Assembly (NCBI GenBank): GCA_030704615.1
Contig: CM060733.1
Location: forward strand, 69,254,001-69,318,000
Direction: 5' to 3'
Source: Takakia lepidozioides
Lineage: Eukaryota; Plantae; Bryophyta
Length of the DNA stretch: 64,000 bases
Part shown: positions 36,669 through 49,869 of the stretch, piece by piece
Numbering within the stretch: position 1 is the first letter of the stretch
Layout of the letters: every line of letters starts with the position of its first letter
Made by a program: the position numbers and the translations under genes
Notes under the pieces: generated by a model
What the model saw: the letters and a program-made list of their open reading frames with translations, nothing else
Databases searched by the model: none
What the model was told of the DNA's origin: nothing

Positions 36669-37030
36669 GGAAGTATATATTACAGGTTTCTGGAAGTGGG
36701 GAGATAATAATAATGAGGGAGAATAGGAGGTGTTGGACCGGAAATTCTTTGAGTTTGTGTAGGGCATTAGAGAGTGCCGAGTATTGAACAGCAGGGAGCC
36801 CGAACGTGTTGATATGGTGTACGGGTGCCTGGTTAGAGTGTACGGCTTTCGGAAAAAGTGGGGCAAAGTGGTCATACAGATGGTGATAGTTGCGAGCTAG
36901 TGATATAGTGTCGGGGTGGAAATATAAGGAGTATCTGTCTTGGGGGTCCGTTGGTAGCTGGCTGATGATATCTTTAACGTTGGAGGGTTTGGGGTTGGGA
37001 TGGATGTCGCCACATCTAAGTAACATAAGT
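36669..37030 (-). pseudogene. Probable non-LTR retrotransposon N-terminal remnant, target of the CACTA insertion
   Basis: LLRCGDIHPNPKP resembles the GD(I/V)xxNPGP motif often found at LINE ORF N-termini. Confidence 0.4.
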
Positions 37031-37939
37031 GTTAGGCACTTGTTTATATGTGAGGTTGATGCTGAGGGAGGATGGTGATAGTAGCATGCTTTGATTTAGG
37101 AGGGTGGAGGTGGTACCATTGGGGCCATGGGTAATGACGTGAGATGTGTGGTAGATAAGGAGAAGGATGCGAAGAGCTGGAGGGCTGGAGAGATGTGGTC
37201 GGGTCCTATGGTATGGGATCAAGTGCGGAGTGTGGGTGGAGGTGAAGCTAGTCGGCGCCGAGTGGGTGGGGGGGGTAAGTGACGGCCAGGGGGGTGGATT
37301 GTGACCCCAGGCTTGGGGTTAAAGAGTGGATGGGGATGAAAGCGTGGGTATGTTTAACGGGGAGTGGGGGAGAAATGCTCGTAGGTGAGAGTATAGGTGG
37401 ACATGCCTGGGTAGACATGCCAACCTTGCATGCACCTGATCGCCGGTATCGGGCCACCGACGCCCATTTTGCCTGCCACGTGGCTAGGTCAAAGCCCGTA
37501 GAGGGCCAGAAACCATTGGATTTTGGGTGCTCATCATCACTTCAAAAAATCCTGACGGCGCAAGATTTGTCCAATTAGGGTGCAATAAATTCTGTCGAGC
37601 GCAGAATCTCAAGGGCTACAACTTTCGTTCAGGGCCCATCTTCATCCAAGGGGCCCACCGACAGTCGAAATATCCAATCGACCCGAATCAGGTCGACTCG
37701 TCCATTAGGGGTTAAAGGAAGCACAGTGGTCAAGCCATAAATGGCATACCAGTATCTATCCTGAGAATGGAGCCTTCGCTGCTTAGCAGCACGACGCGCC
37801 GTATTTGAGTCCGGGGGATGGATTTGGAGTGCCACCTGTCGCTCCCTCCCCCGGAGACGACTTCATCCAAACCCCCCCGGATGGAAATTCGGCGTCGTAT
37901 TTCCATCCAGGGGCCACACTCGCATACATATTGGCTGTC

Positions 37940-38150
37940 CACTAGCAGTGTTCAGAGTGTCATTTGGTACAATTCCAGCTTTGACAATGTCACCATGGAC
38001 CACTTTGCCCATTTCTAGGGCTGCCAGGCTCGCACACACACCTAAGACAATGTTCAGAATGACAAATAGTACAATTTCAGCTTTGAACATGTCGTCGTGG
38101 ACCGCTTTGCCTATTTTCAAGGCTGCCAAGCCTGCACACGCATTGTTGGC
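37940..38150 (-). pseudogene. PPR repeat fragment
   Basis: ACAGLAALKIGKAVHDDMFKA..CASLAALEMGKVVHGDIVKAGIVPND, similar to the repeats at 33960-35070. Confidence 0.65.
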
Positions 38151-38323
38151 CACAAGGGTAGGGTTCAAAACAATTGCTACCTCACTAACTCACACAGCTC
38201 TATGTACATAGAGTTACCCACACAAAGTCACACCCACTTTACTTTTGCCCCTCATACATTATCCTTTACTCCCAACTAACTCGCCATCCAGCATCTCCCC
38301 TCTCTTACTGTACCTTGAATAGC

Positions 38324-39046
38324 TGTCGCGCACCTCACTTCGGTAATCTCCCCTTCAAGTCATAGTTGCTAGCTTGACGCGCGCGCCTAACTCCCAACCT
38401 GGCCACCGGACCAACTTGGAGCTTCGGCTGCTCACCGGGGCATAACGGTCCCCCTTTGATCCCCCAAAGAACCCTCCACCGATTTGGAACCAGCGGGAAT
38501 TCCCTTTGGTAGTTGGCAGTCCGGAACAGCTCCCCACTCTTTGGTCGTTTTCCGGCTCGCACGCTTACTCACTAGTTTTTGGTCACCAACGGGCTTGCAC
38601 CGTTCTCGGGGTTACTACTCCCTATATATACTTCTGTAGCTGTCCGCGGGGGTTTCACAACCAGCCATGCCATTTTATGGCGAACCACCACGAAAACCCT
38701 CGACTCCCGGTGATGAGTCGCGGTGAGTCTTGGCCCACTCACCACGGCCCCTATGGACCGTGATGAGTCCCAAGACTCCCCACGACTCCCACCACGAGGT
38801 CTCCGCCCCCATGGTGAGTCCTATGCCACCCCCACTAAGTCCCGCTAAGCTACCACCCCTTGTGGAGCCACCCCCACCGCAACCCGGTGTGCGGGGCTCC
38901 ACCTAGTGAGCGCCTCCGCCTCCTTGAGTGCCTTGGGCACTCAAGGGTGCTTCAGCCCCCCATACCTATCGCTGCCGCTGCCCCCACCACAGGGGCAGCC
39001 CCTCATGTGTTCCGACCCCCTGCCCTCAAGGCAAAGGGCCGCGACA
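38324..39046 (-). repeat. 3' LTR
   Basis: TGTCGCG...CGCGACA; differs from the other LTR by about six substitutions counted by eye. Confidence 0.95.
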
Positions 39047-39920
39047 TACACCCCTACCAACAGGGAGTCGATGTCCTCATCGACTTGTCCATTTTGTAGA
39101 AACGAACATCCAAGTTGTGGCGTCCCACATCAAGGAGTTTGTTTCCGTACCATGGCGTCCCATGGCAAAGAACCAAACCCCACACTTGACTCTACTCTCC
39201 ACTAGCTAGTTCGGCCGACTTCCTCTAAGTCCCGGTCAGGGGTGGAGCCTCTCAAGCTCCTCCCAGTGCACTCTTCTTGGCCTTCTTCAAGGTCAAGGAA
39301 CGATCCTCCCCGAGGATCGAATCGCCTTACTGCAACAACATTGCTTGCGATCGCTCCTGATGCCGCTTTTGGCATCACTTTGCGCAAGGGTTCACCTCGA
39401 ACCCCCTTTGACTAGGAAGATAACCTTGAACCAACCGTGTGCCCCAATCACTACAATTGGGTCCGTCTTGGAATGCTGGCCTGAGGTACGGGAACACGTC
39501 GAAGCCGCACTACGACTTCGTCCCGAGGCTACACGATTATAGTACGTGAACGGAAGCACATAGCTTCCGCGTTAGCCCGCGCTACAAGGCAACCACCTCG
39601 GTAGCGCAGTTATAGTACGCGCACGTGCCAGGTGCGCACTAGCACGTGAACTCCCAAAGAAGGCGCATGTTTCCTTGCCCCTTGGATGGGAGTCACCCGA
39701 TTTCGGCACTGCGCAAACACACGATTAACCCAATTTACCTCTCCCACTTTTGTAAGCTAGCATGCATTCTACACACTAGCCAACCACACCATGCATCACC
39801 ATTTGGAACCCATTTCCTTTATAACAAATTTTTGTACAATACAAGTTTTTGCAATCGGATTCCTGAGCTAGCTAAGCCGGGCTAAGCATGCATTTCCTCC
39901 CCCACGCTCCAAGGTTGATG

Positions 39921-40328
39921 TCTCCGGAAGTGAGTCCAAAATTCGTACCTCCGTATGCGGGACCCTTTCACATCCGGAAGGTTATGAATGAGGATGTGTA
40001 TGAATTGGAGCTGCCGGCAAACAGCAAGGTGCATCCAGTATTTCACGTCTCCCTTTTGAAGCCTTACTTCAAAGATGAAGCGCGTCCGAATCGGCATCAA
40101 ATGTTGCGTCCGCCACCTGTGCTGTTGGATCATGAAAATGAACCTGAGTACGAGGTGGAGGCAGTACTTAAGTCGAGGAGGTTCAAGAACCGAGAAACGG
40201 AGTATCTCGTCAAATGGAAGGGATATCATCATGTGGAGGCATCTTGGGTGCGTGCCTCAGAAATGGGAAACGCATCCGAGGCGGTTGCAGTTTTCGAAGG
40301 GCGACCTCAAAAGCGGAAGAAGCGTTGA
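39921..40328 (+). pseudogene. Integrase C-terminus (GPF motif) and chromodomain, inverted relative to the element
   Basis: PKFVPPYAGPFHI..VHPVFHVSLLKPY..EYEVEAVL..EYLVKWKGY..ASWV lies on +, whereas the rest of pol is on -. Confidence 0.88.
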
Positions 40329-40329
40329 T

Positions 40330-43052
40330 AGTCGGAAATTCTTGATGTTCAACCAGACCTCCGTGCCTGCCTCAAACTTCACTTCCCTCCGCTTCCGATT
40401 TGTCTGCCTTTCATACCGTTTCCTCGCTTTGGCAATGTTGTATTTTGCGAGCTTCAACAAACGCTCGCGTTCTTCCAGTACCGCCGCTACTGCCGGTTCC
40501 TCAACGTCCTGGGCGGCCCAACTTGTCGGCACCAGAGGTGCTTTTCCATAGACTAATACTAAAGGGGAAACTCCCGTTGCGGAGTGTTTTGTGTTATTAT
40601 AACAAAACTCTACCGCGTCTAAGTGTTCCACCCAGTCTGATTGGTCTGCCGACACGTAATTCCGCAAGATCTGTTTCATTACGGAATTCACTCTTTCCGT
40701 TTGGCCGTCGGTCGTAGGTCGGAAGGCGGTGCTCATCTTCAGCCTCGTCCCCATCTTCTTCCAAAGTGTCCTCCAAAATTTACTCGTAAACTTTGGATCA
40801 CGGTCCGAGACAATATCCTTCGGGACTCCATGATGTTTTAAGACGTGGGCGAAGTAAAGTCGCCCTGTCTCTTGCGCCGTTGCCATCTCCTTGGTGGGGA
40901 TGAAATGGCCATTTTACTGAACCTATCCACCACCACCATAATTGCATCGAATCCTTTTGACAGCGACATAACAGTCATGAAATCCATCGAGACGCTTTCC
41001 CAAGTCCCCTCTGGAATCGGCAAGGGTTGTAACAGCCCCGCTTGCTTTTTGTACTCGTTCCGGTTTTGTTGGCATGTGGTGCATGTCTTGACATACTCCT
41101 CTGCCTCCTCCCTCAGTTTGGGCCATAAATACTCTTTCTTCAAGAGTGCCGCAGTGCGCTTGGCTCCGCCGTGGCCCGCAAGTGGGCTATCATGGCATTC
41201 TCTCAAGAGACTATCTCTGATCCCTCCCTTCGGCATGTAGAGACGCTTTTGCTTATAACGGAGTAGTCCATTTTGCAAGTGGAATTGCGATTTAACCCCC
41301 CTCCTGAAGTCCTGCATCACGGACTTCGCCAGCTCATCCTTCTGGCAAGCCTTCCGGATCTTCCTTTGGAGCGCCGTCTCGCCCCTGTACACCAACAGGA
41401 GCTGCTGCTTTCTACTTAAAAGCATCGGCCACCACATTGTCACGTCCCGGTTTGTAATGGATATCCACGTCAAACACCGCCAAAGTATCTTGCCACCTAA
41501 GTTGTTTTGGGGACAACTTGGGCTGCATGGCAAAATACTTCACCGTAACATTGTCCATGAACACCTTCACTGGGTTGGAACCAACATAGTGGCGCCAAAG
41601 CTCAAGACAGTGCACCGCCGCCTTCATCTCTTTCTCGTGCGTCGGCCACCGTCGCTCCACTTCGTTCAGTTTCTTACTTTCGTAAGCCACCGGACGTCCA
41701 TCTTGCATCAGTACACCCCCAATCGCAAAGTCTGACGCATCTGTATGAATCTCAAACGGCCGATCAAACTCCGGGATTTTCAAGACTGGAGCTTCCGCCA
41801 TCCGCTGCTTCAATTCAGCAAAAGTTTGGCCACATAAGGTGTTCCATACCCAGACTTTGGATTTACGCAGAAGGTCTGACAACGGCCCCGCGATCTTGGC
41901 GAAATTTCTCACATACTTCCGGTAATAGGAGGCGAGTCCTAGGAAGGATCGCACTCCCGGGACCGAAGTCGGAGGCTCCCAGTCCAAGATCGCCCTCACT
42001 TTTCTGTCATCCATTTTGATCCCATCCTGTGTAATCACATGCCCCAGGAACTCCACTTTTGTGACCCCGAATTCGCACTTTGAAGCTTTGGCATACAGCT
42101 TCCCTTCCCGCAATTTCTGGAACACCCTTTTGAGGTGCTTCAGGTGCTCCTCCTTTGTTTTCGAATACACCAAGATGTCGTCGATGTACACGATCACAAA
42201 GTCATCCAACCACTCCTGGAAAAGGCTGTTCATCAGCGTGCTAAAGGTCGCGGGTGCATTGGTGAGCCCAAAAGGCATCACCAAGAACTCATATGAACCA
42301 TACCTTGTCCTGCACGCGGTCTTCTCCTCATCTCCTTCCGCCACTCGAATTTGATGATAGCCGGAGCGCAGATCGATCCGGCTGAAATACTTTGCTCCTG
42401 CCAACCGATCGAAAAGGTCGTCGATCCTTGGCAAATGATACCGGTTTTTGATAGTCATCTTATTCAAAGCCCTGTAATCGACACACATCTGCAGCGTCCC
42501 ATCCTTCTTGTCTGCGAATAGCACTGGGGCTCCGTAAGGTGACTTACTCGGCCGGATGTACCCCTTTGACATTAGATCTTTGAGCTGAGTCTTCAGCTCG
42601 ACCAACTCTCTGTGGCTCAACCGGTAGGGCGCCTTGGCAGGCGGTTCCGATCCCGATATCACCTCAATCTTGTGGTCAACTCCTCTTCGTGGTGGCAAGC
42701 CGCTTGGTAAATCCTCCGGCATCACATCTTGGTATCTCTCCAAAATCCCCTTGATCCAATATGGGCTCGGCTCCCCATCGCCTTCTCCCTTCACTTCTCT
42801 AATGTAAAGCAAAAACTGGGGCTCGTGTGCCTCCTCCACGGCCCACTCCCTTGCTGACAGAAGGTTTATTCGCCCTCCCACAGGTTTGGGCGTTTCCAAC
42901 ACTCGTAAGACTTTGCCACCATCCCCACATGGTAGTGTGACTACTCTTTTGCGGCCATCTATGACCGCTCCGGATTTGCCCAAAAAGGTCATCCCCAAAA
43001 TGAGACCACTCCATCGATCTCGCAAATGGTGAAGTTCTCTCGTCCTTCCCAT
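40330..43052 (-). pseudogene. pol (RT, RNase H, integrase), frameshifted
   Basis: [11 protein letters not shown]; RNase [13 protein letters not shown]; integrase H..GH..C..C, SMDF, SDRDPKF and GQTERVN, split over three ORFs. Confidence 0.93.
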
Positions 43053-44480
43053 TTCCCCAGTTGAAGAGGGACATCGAACGCCAACCTCGTCGCCAATTGC
43101 GGTTCTCCTTTGGCAGAACGCACCTCAATAGAGGCCCCCACGTCACTTGTCGGGAGCCCCAGCTTTTGTGCCATTGCCGGTGTCATGAAGGAGTGCGACG
43201 CTCCTGTGTCCACCAACAATGACACGTTAGTTCCGGATATTATCCCATCCACGAACAATAACTGACTCCTTTTACGTAAGGCGCCAGTTTCCTGATACAA
43301 TTCACAAGAAAATTTGCCTACCTTGCAAGTCCTGGCGACCACTGCTTCCACCAAGCGACTGATGGTATCTTCCGACAGCTCTGTGGTCGCCCGAGTCATG
43401 TTCAATTGTCGGGGCTTCGTGCACTTCTTGGCCATGTGCCCGGGCTCCCCGCAATTGAAACACACTCCATCAAAGGTCGCCTTCTGTCCGCCATAGGCCG
43501 CTCCACCCACTTTTCCTTTTGAAGCACCGGGTGCCGCCTTGACTTGTGAAGGCCCTCCCTTCGATTTCCACGTGCCATTGTCGCCGCGTGGCCTATCCCA
43601 CTTCTTTTCTGGTCGGAAGGCGTCACCTTCCCGCCGGGTCTTCTTGTGGTTCAGCTCCGTACGGCCTTGTCTTTCACCCCTAGGGACATCCGAGAAACAT
43701 TCAGCCCTCTCAATCGCCTCGTTCAAAGTCTTAGGTGGCTTCTCCTCCAACTTCCGCCTAGCCCATGGGGCCAGTCCCGCCACAAAGTTGAAGACCATTT
43801 CTGGTTCTGCCATGTCCGCGACTTCGAGCAACAGCACATTGAAAGCCTGGACATATCCCCAAATGTCATCTGTTTGCTTCAAACTCCTCATCTTGTCCCG
43901 GGCAAGCCAGGACGCGTTGAGGGGCATAAACTGCCTTTTCATCAATTCCTTGAACCCACTCCAATTCAAGGTTTCCGGGCTTGGACCTCGGTCGTGAAGG
44001 CATTTCTGCCACCATTGTTGAGCATAGCCTCTCAAATAGGTGGGAGCCACTTCCACCCGGTCCTCGTCACTCAACTTGGCCGCCCGGAAGTATTGCTCTA
44101 GCTCCAGGAGCCAGGTGTTGAGTGCCTTTCGATTTCGGACGCCCTCGAAGGTGCCGGGTTCCTTAGGCTTCACCTTAAATTTTGCCTTAGTGGAAGTGGC
44201 ATTAGTCGCCTTCAACACGTCTTTCAATGTCCCGCCAAATTGCGACAACCCTTCCCAAAAGGCTGCCGGCATGGGAGGCATCTGCTGGTCGGTCGGAGCT
44301 CTCAGGGATTCCTCGGGCTCCGACTCCTCAGATCCCTCCCGCTCTTGAGCGGCCTCGTTTTCGGAGACATGCATCGCTTCCTCAAACGGCCGCCTCAGTG
44401 ACACGTCGCCCCCATCGGGCTCACCAGGATCATCATCTTTTGGGCCGTTCCGCTTTCGCTTTGGCTTGCCCGACCCCATG
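42989..44480 (-). CDS. gag and aspartic protease
   Basis: Retrotrans_gag-like region, [14 protein letters not shown] knuckle, [10 protein letters not shown]. Confidence 0.9.
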
Positions 44481-44520
44481 ATGAGGCCAATCCCAAGGAC
44501 GATCACGTACTGAACTCTAA

Positions 44521-44532
44521 GCTCTGATACCA
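44521..44532 (-). promoter_or_regulatory. Primer-binding site (tRNA-iMet)
   Basis: TGGTATCAGAGC, 2 nt inside the 5' LTR. Confidence 0.92.
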
Positions 44533-44534
44533 AG

Positions 44535-45257
44535 TGTCGCGCATCTCACTTCGGTAATCTCCCCTTCAAGTCATAGTTGCTAGCTTGATGCGCGCGCCTA
44601 ACTCCCAACCTGGCCACCGGACCAACTTGGAGCTTCGGCTGCTCACCGGGGCATAACGGTCCCCCTTTGATCCCCCAAAGAACCCTCCACCGATTTGGAA
44701 CCAGCGGGACTTCCCTTTGGTAGTTGGCAGTCCGGAACAGCTCCCCACTCTTTGGTCGTTTTCCGGCTCGCACGCTTACTCACTAGTTTTTGGTCACCAA
44801 CGAGCTTGCACCGTTCTCAGGGTTACTACTCCCTATATATACTTCTGTAGCTGTCCGCGGGGGTTTCACAACCAGCCATGCCATTTTATGGCGAACCACC
44901 ACGAAAACCCTCGACTCCCGGTGATGAGTCGCGGTGAGTCTTGGCCCACTCACCACGGCCCCTATGGACCGTGATGAGTCCCAAGACTCCCCACGACTCC
45001 CACCACGAGGTCTCCGTCCCCATGGTGAGTCCTATGCCACCCCCACTAAGTCCCGCTAAGCTACCACCCCTTGTGGAGCCACCCCCACCGCAACCCGGTG
45101 TGCGGGGCTCCACCTAGTGAGCGCCTCCGCCTCCTTGAGTGCCTTGGGCACTCAAGGGTGCTTCAGCCCCCCATACCTATCGCTGCCGCTGCCCCCACCA
45201 CAGGGGCAGCCCCTCATGTGTTCCGACCCCCTGCCCTCAAGGCAAAGGGCCGCGACA
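44535..45257 (-). repeat. 5' LTR
   Basis: Near-identical to 38324-39046 and adjacent to the PBS. Confidence 0.95.
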
Positions 45258-46522
45258 ATAGCTCACCAATCATTACTTCATCCTATCCCCCCCCCCCCCA
45301 AACCTTCCCTCAACTTGTGCCCTCATTACACAGCCTCTCCCCCGGTCCTAATAGCCTAGTGACAACTGCCAATCATAACCCAACCATTATCCCCCCTAAA
45401 TGCACAGGATTCAGCAGATACTCGTCAACCAGCTGTCTTTTCACTTCATACTCCACTATCAAATGACCATGTCGGTAACCCCCACGGTTGCTCTCAATGG
45501 CCAGTTCCAATACCATATTACCTCTGCCACCATCCCAGCCAGTGTTGTAATCCCTCCACACACTAACCAACAACCTATATGTTGCACAGTCCATCTGGCT
45601 CTTAGTAATTATGCAGCCAAACTTGATTCATGGACTACTTCCACAACTCTTGCATTGAACGCTCCAACCTGCCCCAAGCCGTTGTAGAGCTTTACTACAT
45701 GCAAATTGAATCCTGCCACAATGCCCACTGGCAACAAGATATACATCTGCCGAACCCCCCCAAGGGACTCACACTCGCAGCTGCTATTCTTGGACGCCAT
45801 AACCAATTCAACAGCTACCCTTCCTCGCCACTTTCTCCCCCCCTCTCTGACCACCCCCCATGGAGCCCCCACCACAACCTGGCTTGCGGGGTCAATGCAT
45901 GCTAGAGTGGCTCAAAAGGTATTGTCCACTTAGTGAAATTTTGCCAATATACCAACTTCGCGCTATGGACACTTGCAACCCTTACATTTTTATACCATCA
46001 TATATATACTTTCTGGAAAGAGGAGAATGTAGGGAATCTCTTTCACCAAGTATACTTGAGATAGGTTGTACCATGTATGAATTTTGGATACTTTTATGCA
46101 AAGCTGTAGCGATGTCCGCCCCATGCATATGAGACCTTCAAATTTAGATCAAATTTACAAATTTGGTCTGTTGAGCTTGAAACTTGGTACAGTATTAGAT
46201 CACCTACCTACAAAACCAGTGTAAAATTTTCAGAACCATCTAATGTGTATTCTAGGAATTATGGCTGCCCGATTTTGAAATTTTCACTAAAAAAAAAGCC
46301 AAAATGGACATGATACTTTAGTTGATGAATACATACTCAAATTCAATAATTTCAAGTGCATAAGGTACAGCCTACTCTAAAGCATATGTTTAAGACCTCA
46401 AAAGTATCAAAAAGTATAAGAAAAGTATAAGAAAAAGTTAAAATAAAAATAAAAATGAGCAAAAAGTATACAAAAAAGTATGCAAAAATTTCGTGGAATG
46501 ATATCACTCTAGCGTACATTGA

Positions 46523-47710
46523 CCCTGTGGGGCTCCCCCAGTGAGTGCCTTCGGTCCTCAAGGGTGCTTCAACCCCCATTCCTACTTGCTGCCGCTGCCC
46601 CCACCACAGGGGCAACCCCTCTTGTGTCCTGACCCCCTGCCTCAAGGCAAAGAGCCGCGACATTTTGCCTTTGTGGAAGTAACATTGGTGGCCTTCACAA
46701 GGTCCTTTAGGGGTCCACCGAATTGAATCAACAATCTTTCCCCAAATGCTTACGACATCTGGGACTTCTGAGGATTCGAAGGTGCCCCGAAGAAATCCTC
46801 GGGCTCCGACTCCTCAAATGGCTCATGTTCTTGAACAACATCTTCCTCAGAGAGGCATTCCTCTTTTTCTTCTTGTGTCGCGTCGCCCCCACCGGGCTCA
46901 CTAGGTTCATCGGCTTTCGGGTCATTCCGCTTTCACCTAGTTTTTTCCGAACCCACAGTGAGGCCGATCTCAAGGACAATCGCATATTCAACTCTCTGTT
47001 TTGATATCAGGTGTCGCGCACTTTCTTTTTGTAAACTCCTCTTCAAGTCATAATTATTCGACTAATTAAGTGTGCGTGCCTAACTCCCCACCTGGCCTTT
47101 CGGTCGGATGAGAGCTTCGGCCGCTTGCCAAGGCATACCCCCTCTGCAACCATCAAATTGATGGATCACATGAAAATCCTTATGGTTGTAGGCAGTCCGG
47201 AATAGTTCCCCACACTTGGTTACTTTCCGGCTCGTTTGATTGCTTCATTAGCTTTGGTGGCTTAACGGGCTTACACTGTTTTCGGGGGTTGCTCAATCAG
47301 CCTATGACATTTTTGGTGGGCCACCAGCGAGATCCCTAACTGTCAGTGAGAAGCCGCGGTGAGTCTTGGCCCACTTCTTGCGGCCCCATTGGCCCGCGGT
47401 GAGTCCCACGACTCCCCACGACTAGTCCCACCTCAAAGACTCAGCCCCATGGTGAGTCCTATGCCACCCCCACTACGACTCCCTACGCTATGACTACCCC
47501 ACTTGGAGCCCCCACCGCAGCCCGGTTGTGGGGCTCCACTTAATGAGTGCCTCCGACCTCTTGAGTGCCTTAGGCACTCAAAGGTCATTCAGCCCCTACT
47601 TCCACTGCTACCGCCATAGGGGCAGCCCCTCTTGTGTCCCGACCCCCTGCCTTCGAGGTAAATGGCCCCTCTCGTGTACCCCGCCCTCAAGGCAATTTAA
47701 GGCCGCGACA
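46523..47710 (-). mobile_element. Degenerate relative of the same LTR family (partial LTR, gag remnant, LTR 47012-47710)
   Basis: TGTCGCGCA at 47012 to GGCCGCGACA at 47710, decayed PBS; sequence from 46662 is homologous to gag at ~44180. Confidence 0.75.
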
Positions 47711-49051
47711 GCAAATGTCTGAATGACGGGTCTTTGCACAAGTTGACATCGAATTCATTGTAAAGCTAAACCTGACAACGTCTCAAAGCTCTGAAAAGAA
47801 CTCCACATAGAGAACGTCAATGTTTTCTTCGCCAACGATATTTTAATAATAGCGTCTTCAATGCGCCTATGGGCCCCGCTAGTACAGCCTATGGGGTTAG
47901 CTCATAAGCTCACCGCCCACCCACCAGGTCCGCCGGATAGTCTAGTCTGTTCTGGAGAGTCTGCTGGAGGGTCCACTCTGCAGTCTAGTCCATTCTGCAA
48001 GTTCTTTAGAGGGTCCACTCTACGTGCAGAGTGGACTGTGAGTCCACATGCCCAGTCCGCTAGAGGGTCCGCGCAGTCTGCTGGAAGGTCCGCCGCCGTA
48101 GAAGAACAAAGACTTAAATTTTTTTCAGAAAGAACCATTATACAAAATATATAATGATTAACACACATTGCCCCGGCCCATTACCACCTAACATGAATTG
48201 AACACCGAACTCATGCTCAGTATGCGTTGCTCTTAACCAGGTCACACTACCTACTGCTTTCTACAAACTTTTGAAATAACTAATGTTTTGTCTGCATTCC
48301 TAGTACATGTTTTATGTGTTTTATGGGCCACAACAGACCTGCTTGCCCAGTAGAACCAGTAGACCTGCTTGCCCGACAGACCCAATAGCAGACTGAGCCG
48401 CAGTGGACCCTCCGACGGGTAGGGGCGCTCCCACCCTTCGTGACCCTCTCTGCTATGCGTGGGCCCCACTACAGGCACACACATGCACATTGAAGACGCT
48501 ATTATCTTTCAATGAGAACCCGTTTTCTTCCCCTCATTATAAGATCAAAATAGATATTGAATACCATAGATGTGATATTGGGGTCTTATCCGCACAACGC
48601 AAATCGAGGAGGAGCGGGAGAGAGAGATCAAAACGCAAGGAGGACAAACACCACACCGAGCAGCAGCACTAGAATGAGAGCGAGGAGACCGAAAAGGTTG
48701 CAGAAAAACCCAAAGGTCAAGTTGGCTACTGAATTAATTAAAGACGGATGGAGGTTTTTGATACTAGGGGTTTCATTACACTTAGAAGAGATGAAATAGA
48801 GGGAGATGGAGAGGGAAGGATGAAAAAACATGGGGGGAGAAGCGAGAAATTGGAATAGTTGCGAGAAATTCGAACTGAGGATGAAATGAAAAGATTTGCA
48901 TATCATTGAAAAGCATGTGAGAGGATCTAATTGAAGAAGGACAGAGGAGGGAGCATGGAGACGAAACATAAGGGGAACAAGGGGAAAATTGGACGAGAGA
49001 GACGAAGTGACCGTTGGCGCCTCGCTCCACAAACCATGGATGGCCTCCCCC

Positions 49052-49085
<34 letters not shown>

Positions 49086-49869
49086 CTGACTTTCGCATGA
49101 GATTACTTTGAAAGAGGCTATTTTCTCCTCTCCCTATAATTAAATGATTCTTTTTAAAATAAATACATAATAAAAACATTAAATGACCCCCTTATTGATG
49201 TTTGTATTCATTTAAAGGTGGTTCACGTTCCACCAAAGTAAGATTGAGGCGGAAGAAGGCTTGTAGAAGGTACCCCTCACCCTCCTCATCCTCTTTTATA
49301 TATTCTCTAAAGGCTGTGGTGGAGCCTTCTAAAGGGGCCACCGCCTCATCCTACTTCTCTGGAAAGCTCTAGAAGGAGGCTCCACCTGCCTCACATATCG
49401 TGCTTAAATGCTCTCCTCTACACATAGTCTCACATATCAACCATTCAAATATCAAGTGGCCTCCCTCCACATTGGCCGCTCCATTTCTCTCCTTTTTTTC
49501 AACCTTTAGAAACAACCCCTCCCAGAATTTGGGACCCTTATGCCATTATGTATTGGATACTGTCAATGTGGAGGAGAATTATCGAGAATAATCAGAGCTG
49601 CATTATGTATTGGATACTGTCAATGTGGAGGAGCATTATCGAGAATAATCAGAGCTGCAGGCGAGCTACGGCAGCAGCGAGTCTACTACGAGGATTTTTT
49701 GAGATTGCTTCGACGGATGGACATTATCTTACTTAATATGTCGATATGGATGTTATTTATCCAACTTTTCATCCAAAACGGGTGCATGTGGAGGTGGGTT
49801 GGGACTTGGGACACCCCCAAATGGTCTCCACGAGGCTGCAACTGGTGGAAGTAGTTTCTGCATATGGAG

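Larger units (their letters stand above)
38324..45257 (-). mobile_element. Full-length Ty3/gypsy chromovirus LTR retrotransposon
   Basis: Two 723-bp TG..CA LTRs, 5-bp TSD ATAGC (38319-38323, 45258-45262), tRNA-iMet PBS, purine tract next to the 3' LTR, gag-PR-RT-RH-IN-chromodomain. Confidence 0.97.

Noticed and set aside
36985-37026. 2A ribosome-skipping peptide
   Set aside because: GDIHPNPKP deviates from D(V/I)ExNPGP at essential positions and lies in a decayed remnant.
45263-49860. Short ORFs, poly-C run (~49050-49083) and a short tandem duplication (~49545-49660)
   Set aside because: No recognisable domains or termini apart from the LTR remnant listed.
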